DNA of 63,523 bases, the filler included, from Nanobdellati archaeon (GTDB taxonomy: Archaea > Nanobdellota > Nanobdellia > Woesearchaeales > JAADFO01), in the NCBI GenBank assembly GCA_013152815.1. It is 5 parts of 5 records of this genome, joined end to end, with 100 filler letters (N's around TTAATTAATTAA, not from the genome) between each part and the next. Parts side by side here need not be neighbours in the genome. Positions count along the whole stretch, not along the records: positions 33,763 to 43,409 come from JAADFO010000006.1; positions 43,510 to 53,118 come from JAADFO010000007.1; 3 more parts are not named here. One strand, given 5' to 3'. The notes under the pieces were generated by a model. That model saw only the letters and a list, made by a program, of their open reading frames with translations. It was not told where the DNA came from and searched no databases. Both the position numbers and the translations under genes were made by a program. Below are positions 35,501 to 44,674 of this stretch, one piece after another. How positions within the stretch are numbered: position 1 is the first letter of the stretch; each line of letters opens with the position of its first letter.

Positions 35501-36715
35501 TCAGACCACATCCTTGTCGACGACTTCACCCGGCCGGGTTCCCTTGCCAGGCCAGATCTTCCTTCCCGGAAGGATCGACGTATGGATTCCGGTATGGACA
35601 TGGTCGCCGATGATCGCTCCGAGCTTCCTCCGGTGGGTATCGGCGAGCTTTCCCCTGACCATGCTCCTGATGCCCTGGTCATCATGGCGGAGGTTGGCGG
35701 TTATCGTGCCTGCGCCCAGGTTGGTGTGTGCTCCGATGACAGAATCGCCCACATAGGAGAGATGGCCGGCCGATACATGGTCGAAGAATATCGAGTTCTT
35801 GATCTCGGTGGCGTTGCCGACCTTGCAATGGTCCCCTATGGTGGTGCCTGCCCGGAGATAGCAGTTCGGCCCGATGCTGCAATGCTCTCCGATGACGACA
35901 GGCCCTTCGATGTGGACGCCCCCCCTGATGATGCTTCCCTTTCCGATGTGGACCGGTCCCTTGATGACCGCGTGCTTCTCCACCTTTCCCCTGATTTCCG
36001 ACTGCTTCATCCTCCTGATGAGAAGTTCGTTGATCGTGAGCAGGTCCCAGGGATGGCTGATATGCTGCACCTCCTTGGCTTCCACAACCTCGACCGGCGT
36101 CTCCTTCGCATAGGCTGTTATGGCGTCGGTGAACTCGTATTCTCCGCGGGGTGATCGTCTCACTTTCTTAAGATGGTCGAATATGCCCTGCTGGAACACA
36201 TAGGCGCCGGCGTTGATGAGCCTGCCTTTCGGCCGCTTGGGTTTTTCCTGGATGCCTTTCAGCAGCCGTTTCCCTTTCGTCATCCTCGTCAGCAGGACCC
36301 CGAAGTTTTCAGGATGCTCCACCTTCTGGGAAAGGATGGCATCTTTCTTCTTCAGCAGCCGGGAGAGATCCTGTCTCGTGTAGATGTTGTCCCCCATGAG
36401 CAGGAGGAACCCCTCTTTGGCCTTGGCTTTCCTGGAGAAGGCAGCTACTGCGTCTCCTGTGCCTTTTGCCTGTTTCTGTTCGACCGTGCTGATGCGCATT
36501 CCTCTGTTCTTTGCCCGATAGTCCCTTGCTGCCCTGCGGATGAGCTCTTTCCTGAAGCCCACGACGAGCACGACCTCTTTCACGAGGTCCTGCAGCGCAT
36601 CCAGGTTGCGCTCGAGGATGGTCTTGTTCATGACCTTCAGCAACGGTTTCGGCAGGTCGACAGTAAGGGGATGGGTCCGGGTGGACTTGCCTGCGCAGAG
36701 CATGAAAGCTTTCAT
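35501..36715 (-). CDS. glmU: Bifunctional sugar-1-phosphate nucleotidyltransferase/acetyltransferase (archaeal GlmU-type)
   Basis: LCAGKSTR..PLT...PKPL, hexapeptide repeats, HLSYVGDSVIG. Confidence 0.9.
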   Translation of the reverse strand: MKAFMLCAGKSTRTHPLTVDLPKPLLKVMNKTILERNLDALQDLVKEVVLVVGFRKELIRRAARDYRAKNRGMRISTVEQKQAKGTGDAVAAFSRKAKAKEGFLLLMGDNIYTRQDLSRLLKKKDAILSQKVEHPENFGVLLTRMTKGKRLLKGIQEKPKRPKGRLINAGAYVFQQGIFDHLKKVRRSPRGEYEFTDAITAYAKETPVEVVEAKEVQHISHPWDLLTINELLIRRMKQSEIRGKVEKHAVIKGPVHIGKGSIIRGGVHIEGPVVIGEHCSIGPNCYLRAGTTIGDHCKVGNATEIKNSIFFDHVSAGHLSYVGDSVIGAHTNLGAGTITANLRHDDQGIRSMVRGKLADTHRRKLGAIIGDHVHTGIHTSILPGRKIWPGKGTRPGEVVDKDVV

Positions 36716-36721
36716 TCTTGT

Positions 36722-37501
36722 TCACCTCCTGAGGAGCCTGAGGAAGGTCCTGTGGAGCTGCGGGTTCGCCGCGAGGATGCTGGTCTTCCTCGGCTGCACC
36801 TGTTCTCCGTCGATGGTCGTGACGATGCCGCCTGCTTCCTTGACGATGACCTGTCCTGCCATGTAATCCCATGGGCTGATCCAGTATTCATAGTAGCTGT
36901 CCAGCCAGCCTGCCGCGACAAAGCAGAGGTCGAGGGCAGCCGAGCCGGTCCTGCGGAGACCCATGACCTGATCATACATGGTGGCGAAGGCGCTGAGGAT
37001 GTTCTTTCGGTAGGGCTTTCGGTGGTAGGGCAGTCCTGTCGTCACGAGGCTTCCTTTCACGCTCTTGGTGGAGGACACCTTTATCTTAGTTTTGTTCCTG
37101 AAGGCCCCTTTCCCTTTCAATGCCCAGAAGGTGGTCCTGTTCAGTGGAGAGTAGACGACACCCAGGATGGGCTCTTTCCCTTTGCAGAGACCGATGGACA
37201 CGCAGAAGTGGGGATAGTTGTGGGCATAGTTGTTCGTGCCGTCAAGCGGGTCGACATACCATGTGTAGGGCGCTTTCCCTTTCGTCCTCTTCATCTCTTC
37301 TGAGACGATGCTGTGGTCCGGGAAGGCGTCGTGGATCCTCCTGCGGATCAGCCGGTCTGCCTCGAGGTCGGCGTTGGTGACCAGGTCGTTCTTCGTGCCC
37401 TTCGTCATGATCTTCTTGTTGTGATAGTACTTGATATGGATGTCTCCTGCCTCTTTCGCTGCCCGCTTCGCGACCTTGAGCAGTTCTTCGGCCCTGATCA
37501 T
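36722..37501 (-). CDS. suhB: Inositol monophosphatase family
   Basis: DLVTNAD, WYVDPLDGTNNY, GSAALDL, WDYMAG. Confidence 0.93.
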   Translation of the reverse strand: MIRAEELLKVAKRAAKEAGDIHIKYYHNKKIMTKGTKNDLVTNADLEADRLIRRRIHDAFPDHSIVSEEMKRTKGKAPYTWYVDPLDGTNNYAHNYPHFCVSIGLCKGKEPILGVVYSPLNRTTFWALKGKGAFRNKTKIKVSSTKSVKGSLVTTGLPYHRKPYRKNILSAFATMYDQVMGLRRTGSAALDLCFVAAGWLDSYYEYWISPWDYMAGQVIVKEAGGIVTTIDGEQVQPRKTSILAANPQLHRTFLRLLRR

Positions 37502-38889
37502 CTGATCGCCTCCTTGACTTTCGCTTCCCAGATGGCTTGCTGTTCCTTGAGGATGGCCTTGTCTTTCGATTCCACGTTGAGCCGGAGATAGCTTTCTGTC
37601 CCCGAGGGTCTGATGAGCAGCGAGAAATCATCGAAGGTCGCCCGCAGGCCGTCCACGCTTGAGATCTCTGCGCTTTCAGGAATCTTGTCCTTCAGTAAGG
37701 TCATGGCTTTCGGTTTCTGGTCTTCCGGGCAGAAGAATTTCATGCGTGCATGATGATAGGTCGGGTACTGCGCAAGGATGTTGCTCAACGCCATGTTCTC
37801 TGCCTCAAGGAACTGGAGTGTCTGGAACACCGCATAGATGCCGTCGGGCCACAGGCCGAACGAGGGAAAGATGTAGCTTCCTGACGGTTCACCGCCGAAG
37901 GCTGCCTTCTGCTTCGCCAGTTCCTGGGCGACGAACGTATCGCCCACCCTGGTCCGTATGACTCTGGCATCAAGTTCGTCGAGGAGCATGGACGCATCGA
38001 CCGTCGTGACGATCTTTCTGATGCCGGTCTTCTCGATCATCTTCTGGGCGAGGAAGAAGAGGAAACGGTCGAAGTCGACGATATGGCCTTTCTCGTCGAT
38101 GGCCATCATCCGGTCAGCATCGCCATCATGGGCGAATCCTATCGCGGCTCCTGTCGTCCTGACCGCGTCCATGGTCCCTTGCAGGTTGTCTGCGTTGGGT
38201 TCGGGAAGCCGGGCAGGGAAGCTTCCATCCGGGCGGTCATTGATGGCCCTTACCCTGAATCCATATCTCTTGAGAAGTGTGGGTGTTGCAGCGCAGGCGG
38301 CTCCGTTTCCCGGGTCGATAAGGACGCTGCTGTCGCCGGCCAGGGAGACAGCATCCTTGACAGCATCAAAATAAGCAGGATAGATGTCCTGCGCAGTGAC
38401 TTTTGCTCCCGCATCTCCCTCGTCTGTCCTTTCTCCTCTCTTCTTCGCCTTTTTTGCCTTTTCCAGCAGCTCTCTCTTCTGGCTGTTGAGGAGGATCTCT
38501 ATCTCCTGTTCCTCATGGCTTCCGATGGCCATGCCTTCCCTGTCCCATACCTTGAAACCGTTGTATTGCGAAGGGTTATGGGATGCTGTGATCATGATCC
38601 CTCTCTCTGCCCTCACTTTTTGTGTGCCGAAGCAGAGAAGCGGCGTTGCGGCAACACCGAAATCGATGAGTTCCCTGTCTTTTCCCCGTCCCTGTCCTCC
38701 TGCAGCCGTCCTGGAGAATCCGTCGATGATCGCCTCTTGCAGGTTCGGGCCAGAAATCCTCGTATCTCGGGCAAGGGTCAGCCTGTCGATGCCTCTTTGT
38801 GTGAGAGCCTGTCCAAGCATCTCTGCGATGCCTTCAGTGATGTCCTTGCCGTAGACGCCTCTGATGCCGCTGGTGCCGAAATGAACCAT
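37498..38889 (-). CDS. glmM: Phosphoglucosamine mutase / phosphomannomutase
   Basis: FGTSGIRG, TASHNP, DGDADR, GGEPSG, RPSGTE. Confidence 0.9.
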   Translation of the reverse strand: MVHFGTSGIRGVYGKDITEGIAEMLGQALTQRGIDRLTLARDTRISGPNLQEAIIDGFSRTAAGGQGRGKDRELIDFGVAATPLLCFGTQKVRAERGIMITASHNPSQYNGFKVWDREGMAIGSHEEQEIEILLNSQKRELLEKAKKAKKRGERTDEGDAGAKVTAQDIYPAYFDAVKDAVSLAGDSSVLIDPGNGAACAATPTLLKRYGFRVRAINDRPDGSFPARLPEPNADNLQGTMDAVRTTGAAIGFAHDGDADRMMAIDEKGHIVDFDRFLFFLAQKMIEKTGIRKIVTTVDASMLLDELDARVIRTRVGDTFVAQELAKQKAAFGGEPSGSYIFPSFGLWPDGIYAVFQTLQFLEAENMALSNILAQYPTYHHARMKFFCPEDQKPKAMTLLKDKIPESAEISSVDGLRATFDDFSLLIRPSGTESYLRLNVESKDKAILKEQQAIWEAKVKEAIR

Positions 38890-38922
38890 GTTCCAACCAC
38901 TCCTCCTTTTTGAAGGCCTTTT

Positions 38923-38969
38923 CTGAACTACGAACCATTCAAATGAACTATGCCCTTCAAATGAACTAT
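38923..38969. repeat. Direct repeats TTCAAATGAACTAT x2 plus further GAAC motifs
   Basis: Copies at 38938-38951 and 38956-38969. Confidence 0.8.
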
Positions 38970-39123
38970 TTAAGGAATCTTAAATCAGCGGGGGTAAGCT
39001 CCCAGGTTTTTTAATGCTTCCTTTTTAAAGTCTTTTTAAACCATTGATCATCTGGCTGCTGCTGTGCCTTTCGGCACTCACTTTTGCCCCATGATTTAAA
39101 TATCCCTTCGCTCTCTCACCTCT

Positions 39124-39828
39124 TTGGTGGTTCCCATCGTACTCAGTTACCTCAAAAAGAAGGTCCTCGCCGATACCGAGAAACGGCTCGTCTCTGCCTT
39201 CGGCAAGGTGGATAGTGACATCTCACATCTGCGGAGCTGGGTATCCCATATCCATGGCCAGCAGGCCGATCTTCTCCATGCCCATGCATCCCATGTTTCC
39301 CTGAGCCGCAAAGATATCGACAATGTCACCAGATGGCTCCAATACCTCGATGCCCACAACAAGGATGTGCGGCTTCATGTGCTGGAGCTGACCCGGACCA
39401 TGGGCGAGTTCGTCAAGCAGCATGGCAGGATACATGATCGCGTCGCGCTCCTGGAGAAAAACCTCACCCTGCTCTCCAAAAAAACGCTGTCCGACGGCGG
39501 CGCTCTCTCTGGTTCGCTCCGTTCGGGTAGTTCAGTTCGGACTGAACCTCGGACTGAACCCCGAACCGGACTGAAACGATTGCCTGCTTTCGAGGAACGG
39601 ATCGTCGCCAGGGCCCGTACGAACCGCAAGCAGTACACCCAGGCGCTCATCCTCGAACTTGCTGCCGAGAAGAAACACACGACCGTCGAGGTGGAAAAAT
39701 TAATCGTCGAGGAAAAGCGGCTATGTGGCCGCACGACCTTCTATGCGTACCTGCGTGAACTGCGCGCAAAGGATCTGATAGGGGATGTGCGTGTCGGTTC
39801 GATGACCGTCCTCGGCAGGGTACGCTAA
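39124..39828 (+). CDS. Coiled-coil protein with probable C-terminal winged-helix domain
   Basis: Heptad region, TEPRTEPR linker, C-terminal LCGRTTFYAYLRELR helix followed by a beta hairpin. Confidence 0.7.
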   Translation: MVVPIVLSYLKKKVLADTEKRLVSAFGKVDSDISHLRSWVSHIHGQQADLLHAHASHVSLSRKDIDNVTRWLQYLDAHNKDVRLHVLELTRTMGEFVKQHGRIHDRVALLEKNLTLLSKKTLSDGGALSGSLRSGSSVRTEPRTEPRTGLKRLPAFEERIVARARTNRKQYTQALILELAAEKKHTTVEVEKLIVEEKRLCGRTTFYAYLRELRAKDLIGDVRVGSMTVLGRVR

Positions 39829-39843
39829 AATCCCGCCGGTCAT

Positions 39844-39951
39844 CGGTTCGGTTCCGAACTGAACCTGAACGAGGTTCGGAACTGAACCTGGACTGAACCT
39901 AATCCGGACGGGAAATGAACCTCTTTCTGAACGGATTTGAACGAATTTTCG
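39844..39951. repeat. Cluster of (C)TGAAC/GTTC repeats
   Basis: GAACTGAACCTG at 39856-39867 and 39879-39890 plus further direct and inverted copies. Confidence 0.8.
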
Positions 39952-40022
39952 GATGGTTTTCGAGAGCTTCTGATAAGATTGAAAACTCGAGTTTCAGACT
40001 GCTTTCGAAAGAAATCCGCAGC

Positions 40023-40562
40023 TCATTTGAGGTGCTTCATGTATTTCTTGATGGCTCTCAGAAGGGACGGGTATGCGGTCTTCAAAGGACCGGCGGAGTC
40101 GTAGTCGATGACTTTTTCAGGGCCATATCGCTTCTCTGCATCGGTCCTGCAGACCTCAAATATCTCTGCATCCAGGTTCTCCCTGATCTTCTTTTGCGGG
40201 TATCTGCGTGCCTTCAGACGCCGGAAAAGGGTCTTCAGGCGGCATCCTGTGATGATGACCAGCACTGGCTTGCTCGGCCCCAGGATAGCCGTCAGATGCG
40301 TGTCTATGATGATCCTTCGATGGTCTTGCTGGTTCCCTGGGGCGTTTCCACGTAGGAAAAGTGAGAGTTGCTTGCGTAATTTTGCTTCATCAACGATGAA
40401 AGAGTGTGCTGAACGGTCATAGCCCTCATGCCACCCATGGATCTTGATGAGCCTGCTCAGCTCAATGTGTTCGTAGTCCAGATCCTTTGCAAGCTTTTGG
40501 GCGATGGTGGTCTTGCCTGTTCCCGGCGTTCCGGTGATGAGGATGAGCTGCCGATCTTTCAT
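40023..40562 (-). CDS. Adenylate kinase, AK6/Fap7 family
   Basis: ITGTPGTGKTT, IDTH, RLKARRY...KIRENLDAEI. Confidence 0.9.
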   Translation of the reverse strand: MKDRQLILITGTPGTGKTTIAQKLAKDLDYEHIELSRLIKIHGWHEGYDRSAHSFIVDEAKLRKQLSLFLRGNAPGNQQDHRRIIIDTHLTAILGPSKPVLVIITGCRLKTLFRRLKARRYPQKKIRENLDAEIFEVCRTDAEKRYGPEKVIDYDSAGPLKTAYPSLLRAIKKYMKHLK

Positions 40563-40688
40563 CTTGAGGAGAAAGGGGTATTCACTTATAAATATTTATA
40601 AATGAACCCGCAGAAATGCGCAGAAGTATCGGGAATGCGTGTTTTCGTGCCCATTTCCCAGGGGCCTTTTCACCCTTTTGTCAGCCCT

Positions 40689-41096
40689 TCACTTATTTAT
40701 ATGTTGCTGCATATAAATGATGACGTCGTCAAAATTGATCAGGTCTTCGTAGGACACCCCTATCATCGAGGGATAGACATTGATGATCTTCGGCCGTTCT
40801 TTGCCGTTCGGGACATATGCTGACGGAACGTCATAGGTCAGTGTAAAAAGAGGGGTGCTGCTCTCGTCGGGGTCATAGGCACTGCCTGGTCGCTGTTCAG
40901 AGACGACGGCACAGATCGTTATGTCGGTGTCGGTTCTCGATGATGCATATGCATAAGCGTCCTGGTCGTCGGCTGATCTGAACTGCATCTGCTTTTTCGT
41001 TTCCGGACTCCTCTTGAGCAGCTCGAACATGGCTTCGGCTATCTCGCCGATGTTTTTCTTCTGCTGGATGTTCAGGATGATGAACGGAGTTGTCAT
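40689..41096 (-). CDS. Hypothetical protein
   Basis: 135-aa ORF co-oriented with neighbours. Confidence 0.6.
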   Translation of the reverse strand: MTTPFIILNIQQKKNIGEIAEAMFELLKRSPETKKQMQFRSADDQDAYAYASSRTDTDITICAVVSEQRPGSAYDPDESSTPLFTLTYDVPSAYVPNGKERPKIINVYPSMIGVSYEDLINFDDVIIYMQQHINK

Positions 41097-41123
41097 GATG
41101 CTCTTCTGCTTGTCTCCTGTGTC

Positions 41124-41528
41124 CTATGGCCTGCCTTGGTCGATATATCCTATCCTGCTCGGGTCCCTTTCACAGGGATGCTGCAGATAGTCAGAGAGTT
41201 CTTTGCCGATGGTTTCAGCATGGGCAGGAAGAATATTCTTTCCCAGGGCGAGGACAAAATTCTCCGGGGCGGTACCGCTATGGTCTTTAGGCGACTTGCG
41301 CAGGGCATAGGTGATGGAGGCCACTGGGGTTTCGTCCTGGTCGGCAATATCACATCGATAGGTCCAGATCTCGGAAGATATCTTCTCTTCGTGGGTCCTG
41401 ACATGTCCTGTGATGGGCGCTCCTTGTTCGGCGATGGTCTGGTTGATGATCGCCACAAGCTGTGTTCTTATCCTGGATACGGGGTGATTGTTCGGATTCT
41501 CTATTCTGAACATTTTATTTGCATTCAT
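41124..41528 (-). CDS. Hypothetical protein
   Basis: 134-aa ORF with GAGG RBS. Confidence 0.6.
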   Translation of the reverse strand: MNANKMFRIENPNNHPVSRIRTQLVAIINQTIAEQGAPITGHVRTHEEKISSEIWTYRCDIADQDETPVASITYALRKSPKDHSGTAPENFVLALGKNILPAHAETIGKELSDYLQHPCERDPSRIGYIDQGRP

Positions 41529-41611
41529 GGTGATGTCCTCTTTGTCATCTTTTTTTAGTCTTCGTGCTTTACGGTATGCTCTTGGGTAACGACCCCATCG
41601 TCAGCCCAAAA

Positions 41612-41980
41612 TCAGCCAAAAAAATATTCAGAGCCTTTCTCTGTTCCGTCTTCTTCATTTCTCAGGCCGAGATAGTTTCGGATCTTATCCTCGAAGTCCT
41701 GTCTGTTTATCCAGTCAGTCGTCGTTTCTTTCGTGTTCCATTCAAGGATATACTTTCCCGGTGTATTCTGCTGCGAAGCTTCGGGGTCTGTACGACCGGC
41801 ATAGATGAAAGAAAGGATGTCTTTGTCTTCCCCGATCACCTGAAAGGCGCCCTGTTGCTTTCTGACGTCGAGACGCTCACGACCACGGGGATCAAGCGTA
41901 CTCATGGTCATACCTATCAGTTCTCCGATGGTCCGGTTGTTGGCGTTCGTGAAGGTTATCTTGTCCTGCAGAGCATCCAT
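41612..41980 (-). CDS. Hypothetical protein
   Basis: 122-aa ORF; TTTATAAA upstream. Confidence 0.6.
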   Translation of the reverse strand: MDALQDKITFTNANNRTIGELIGMTMSTLDPRGRERLDVRKQQGAFQVIGEDKDILSFIYAGRTDPEASQQNTPGKYILEWNTKETTTDWINRQDFEDKIRNYLGLRNEEDGTEKGSEYFFG

Positions 41981-42088
41981 GGTATCACGATGGAAGAAAA
42001 TGACTTCTCCTTTATAAAACTTCTTAAAATATACTACTTGATGATAGCGAATCAGCAGATGCTGCTGTCTCTTGCTCTCCGAAAGATC

Positions 42089-43409
42089 CTACTTGGTCGC
42101 TGTGAGTTCCTTTACCCTGCTCATGATGCCGGCAGCATCCAATCCCTGGTACGGGATGTGTTCTGACAATCCTCCTTCTCCCGGTTTGGTGGTCCCCAGA
42201 TGAGCATATCTTCCTTTGAAGCCTCTTTCTGCAAGCCAGGTCCCGAAGCGTATGCCCAGTCCTGTATCCCTGTTCTGGGTCTCCACGACCAGCACGAAAG
42301 GAGCATCTTTGAGCTTTTCCATCATCTCCGCATCCATCATGTTCAGGGTCGGCTTGTTGATGAGCCCCACACTGATGCCCTCTTCCTTCAGTTGCTCGAC
42401 AGCGTCCAACGCCCGATAGAGCATCTCTCCATAGGTGACGATATACCCCTGGCGTCCTTCTCTGTCCCCTGGTTCCCCTTCCCTGATGAGCTCATCCTTG
42501 TCTTTCTTGAAGATGTAGTCATCATCATAAAAGGGTTTTCCGTCTTCATCCAATATCTGTGGGGTGGCTGATCTGGTCGAAAACACGAATCTCAGCCCCT
42601 CATCCTTGAATATCTCCTTGAGGAGGGCTTTCATCTGTCCTGCATCCGCAGGGAAGTAGAGCCTTGTCGTCTTGGTCTTCCTGTCGGGCTCAAGGCCGTT
42701 GTCTCCGAAGAAGATGTTGATGCCGTAGTGGCAGGTGTTGTCTGCCATCTCATCGATGCCTGCATGGGAGAAGTGCGCCAGGACATTGGCATCATTCAGC
42801 CGTGCCATGGTGATCTCTGAGACCACCATCTCAAGAAATGCAGAGAATGTCGAGAATATGCCCTGCCTTCCCTTGCCAGAGCCGAAGCCGGCCGCGACCG
42901 AGTAGTTGTTACGCTCCATGATGCCGCCCTTGATGTACCTTGCCGGTACCCGTTCCCTGATGGTCTTGAGGCCGGTGCTTCCCTCCAGGTCGTTGTCGAT
43001 GACCAGGACCTTCTCCTGTTCTTCTGGAGAGAGGCCTTCAAGGATGTCCGCGATGATGCTGCCGAATTCAGCCCGGTTCTTCTTCAATACGTCTGAGCTT
43101 CCTCGGTGTCTGGTCACGACCGCTATCTTCTGGACCTCTTCGATCATCTTTGCAGCTTCTTCATGCCCTTTTTCCCGGAGGTACGCCATGCCGAGATCGG
43201 GAGAGATCGCATCATGTCCCTTGCACATGCCTTCGACGCCCTTGATGCCGGGAGCCATCTTCCGTCGGTTGATGAGCGCGATCGGTCCATCGGTGAGGAG
43301 CGCTTTTCGCATCCGTCGATATAGTACATCAAGATCCTCGGGGTCTCCTGTGTCTGTCCTGAGTCCGTGGCCTTCAAGTGTCTTCTTCAGATCATACCCT
43401 TCCATGTAT
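42089..43409 (-). CDS. Transketolase (5' part lost in gap)
   Basis: DNDLEGSTG, GIMER, STFSAF, SHAG..E..D..CH, C-terminal domain. Confidence 0.88.
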
Positions 43410-43509
43410 NNNNNNNNNNNNNNNNNNNNNNNNNNNNNNNNNNNNNNNNNNNNTTAATTAATTAANNNNNNNNNNNNNNNNNNNNNNNNNNNNNNNNNNN
43501 NNNNNNNNN
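43410..43509. other. Artificial contig-joining spacer
   Basis: N-run TTAATTAATTAA N-run. Confidence 0.95.
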
Positions 43510-43589
43510 ACTTTGGCATAACCAAAATTGTTACACGAGATAAGAAACACTTCTCCAGGATACCAGGCATCAGGGTCGTATCGTACTAG
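43510..43589 (+). CDS. 3' fragment of a PIN-domain (VapC-like) gene
   Basis: Hand-translated FGITKIVTRDKKHFSRIPGIRVVSY*, a typical VapC C-terminus. Confidence 0.65.
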
Positions 43590-43880
43590 AGCATCTTCGT
43601 CAACAACAAGGTGTATGCTGACCAGATGGCACAGCAGAGACTGAAGGATGTGAAGGATAAGAAGAAGGAAGAGAAGCAACCGGAAATCTATGGGCTGCCT
43701 GAAGGAGAGCAGCCGTATGGACTGCGACAGGGATATCGGCAGGCTGTCTAGACAACCTCTCCGGTGACGCTCCTGAGCATGTGTTTCAGCATGGCTGCAC
43801 TGTTTCTCATCTGTTTCTCAAGGTTCTCCAGAAAGCTTTAAAACAGCAACTATTTAAAGATAAATGACTCCATCCAGCCC

Positions 43881-44474
43881 ATGGGAAAAGGGTATGTTCT
43901 TGAGGGCGACGAGATAGTTCTGCAACGAGAACTCACATCTTTGGACCTGTTTGTGAAAGACTTCATCGAGATACTCCAGAAACATACCGGTTACCTCATC
44001 GTGAGCGGATATATCAGCATCAGCACAGGACGGCCCCGGGGGACTGAGGATGTGGATGTCCTGGTTCCTCTCTTGGGCGAGAAGACGTTCAATGCACTTT
44101 TCAAAGAACTGCGGGAAAGGGGCTTCTGGTGCTACCAGGGAGATCATGCAAAGGGACTTCTTGAACAATCCAGACAGCTCACCCCTCTTCGCTTCGCCAG
44201 GGAGAAGGAGGTGTTTCCTAATATCGAGTTCATCCCTTTTGATGAGACGAAAAAAGCCAAGCTCTTCGAATTCAACCACCCTCAGAACATGCGTGTCGGT
44301 GATTTTCTCTTCAAGACAGCACCGCTTGAGTTTGAAATACTGTATAAGGAACTCGTACTCGCCGGAAAGAAAGACAAAGAAGACGCCCTCCATCTGCGGA
44401 ACATGTTTCAGGACATTCTCGATGAGACCAAGCTGAAGGAGTATGCAGCGATAGTGAGGGAAGAGCTGCGATGA
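43881..44474 (+). CDS. Nucleotidyltransferase-fold protein (DUF6036/AbiEii-like)
   Basis: VSGY....GRPRGTEDVDVL; K..AG.KKDKEDA. Confidence 0.75.
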   Translation: MGKGYVLEGDEIVLQRELTSLDLFVKDFIEILQKHTGYLIVSGYISISTGRPRGTEDVDVLVPLLGEKTFNALFKELRERGFWCYQGDHAKGLLEQSRQLTPLRFAREKEVFPNIEFIPFDETKKAKLFEFNHPQNMRVGDFLFKTAPLEFEILYKELVLAGKKDKEDALHLRNMFQDILDETKLKEYAAIVREELR

Positions 44475-44674
44475 CGCCGACAACAGATGGGGAGTATGTC
44501 CGGCTCTACGCTGAAAGACTGAGGAACGATTCCTCCTTGTTCAGGCAGCAGAAAGAGTTCTTGGAAAGCCAGTATGCCGCAAGCAGGAGCATATTCCGCG
44601 ACCGGTTCGGAGACGATGAAAAGATCTTCAGGAAGAAGGCAAGACAGTATCTGAAGAAAAGAGCATTGCTCTAG
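44471..44674 (+). CDS. Small basic protein, coupled partner of the NTase
   Basis: ATGA overlap; 67 aa. Confidence 0.7.
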   Translation: MTPTTDGEYVRLYAERLRNDSSLFRQQKEFLESQYAASRSIFRDRFGDDEKIFRKKARQYLKKRALL

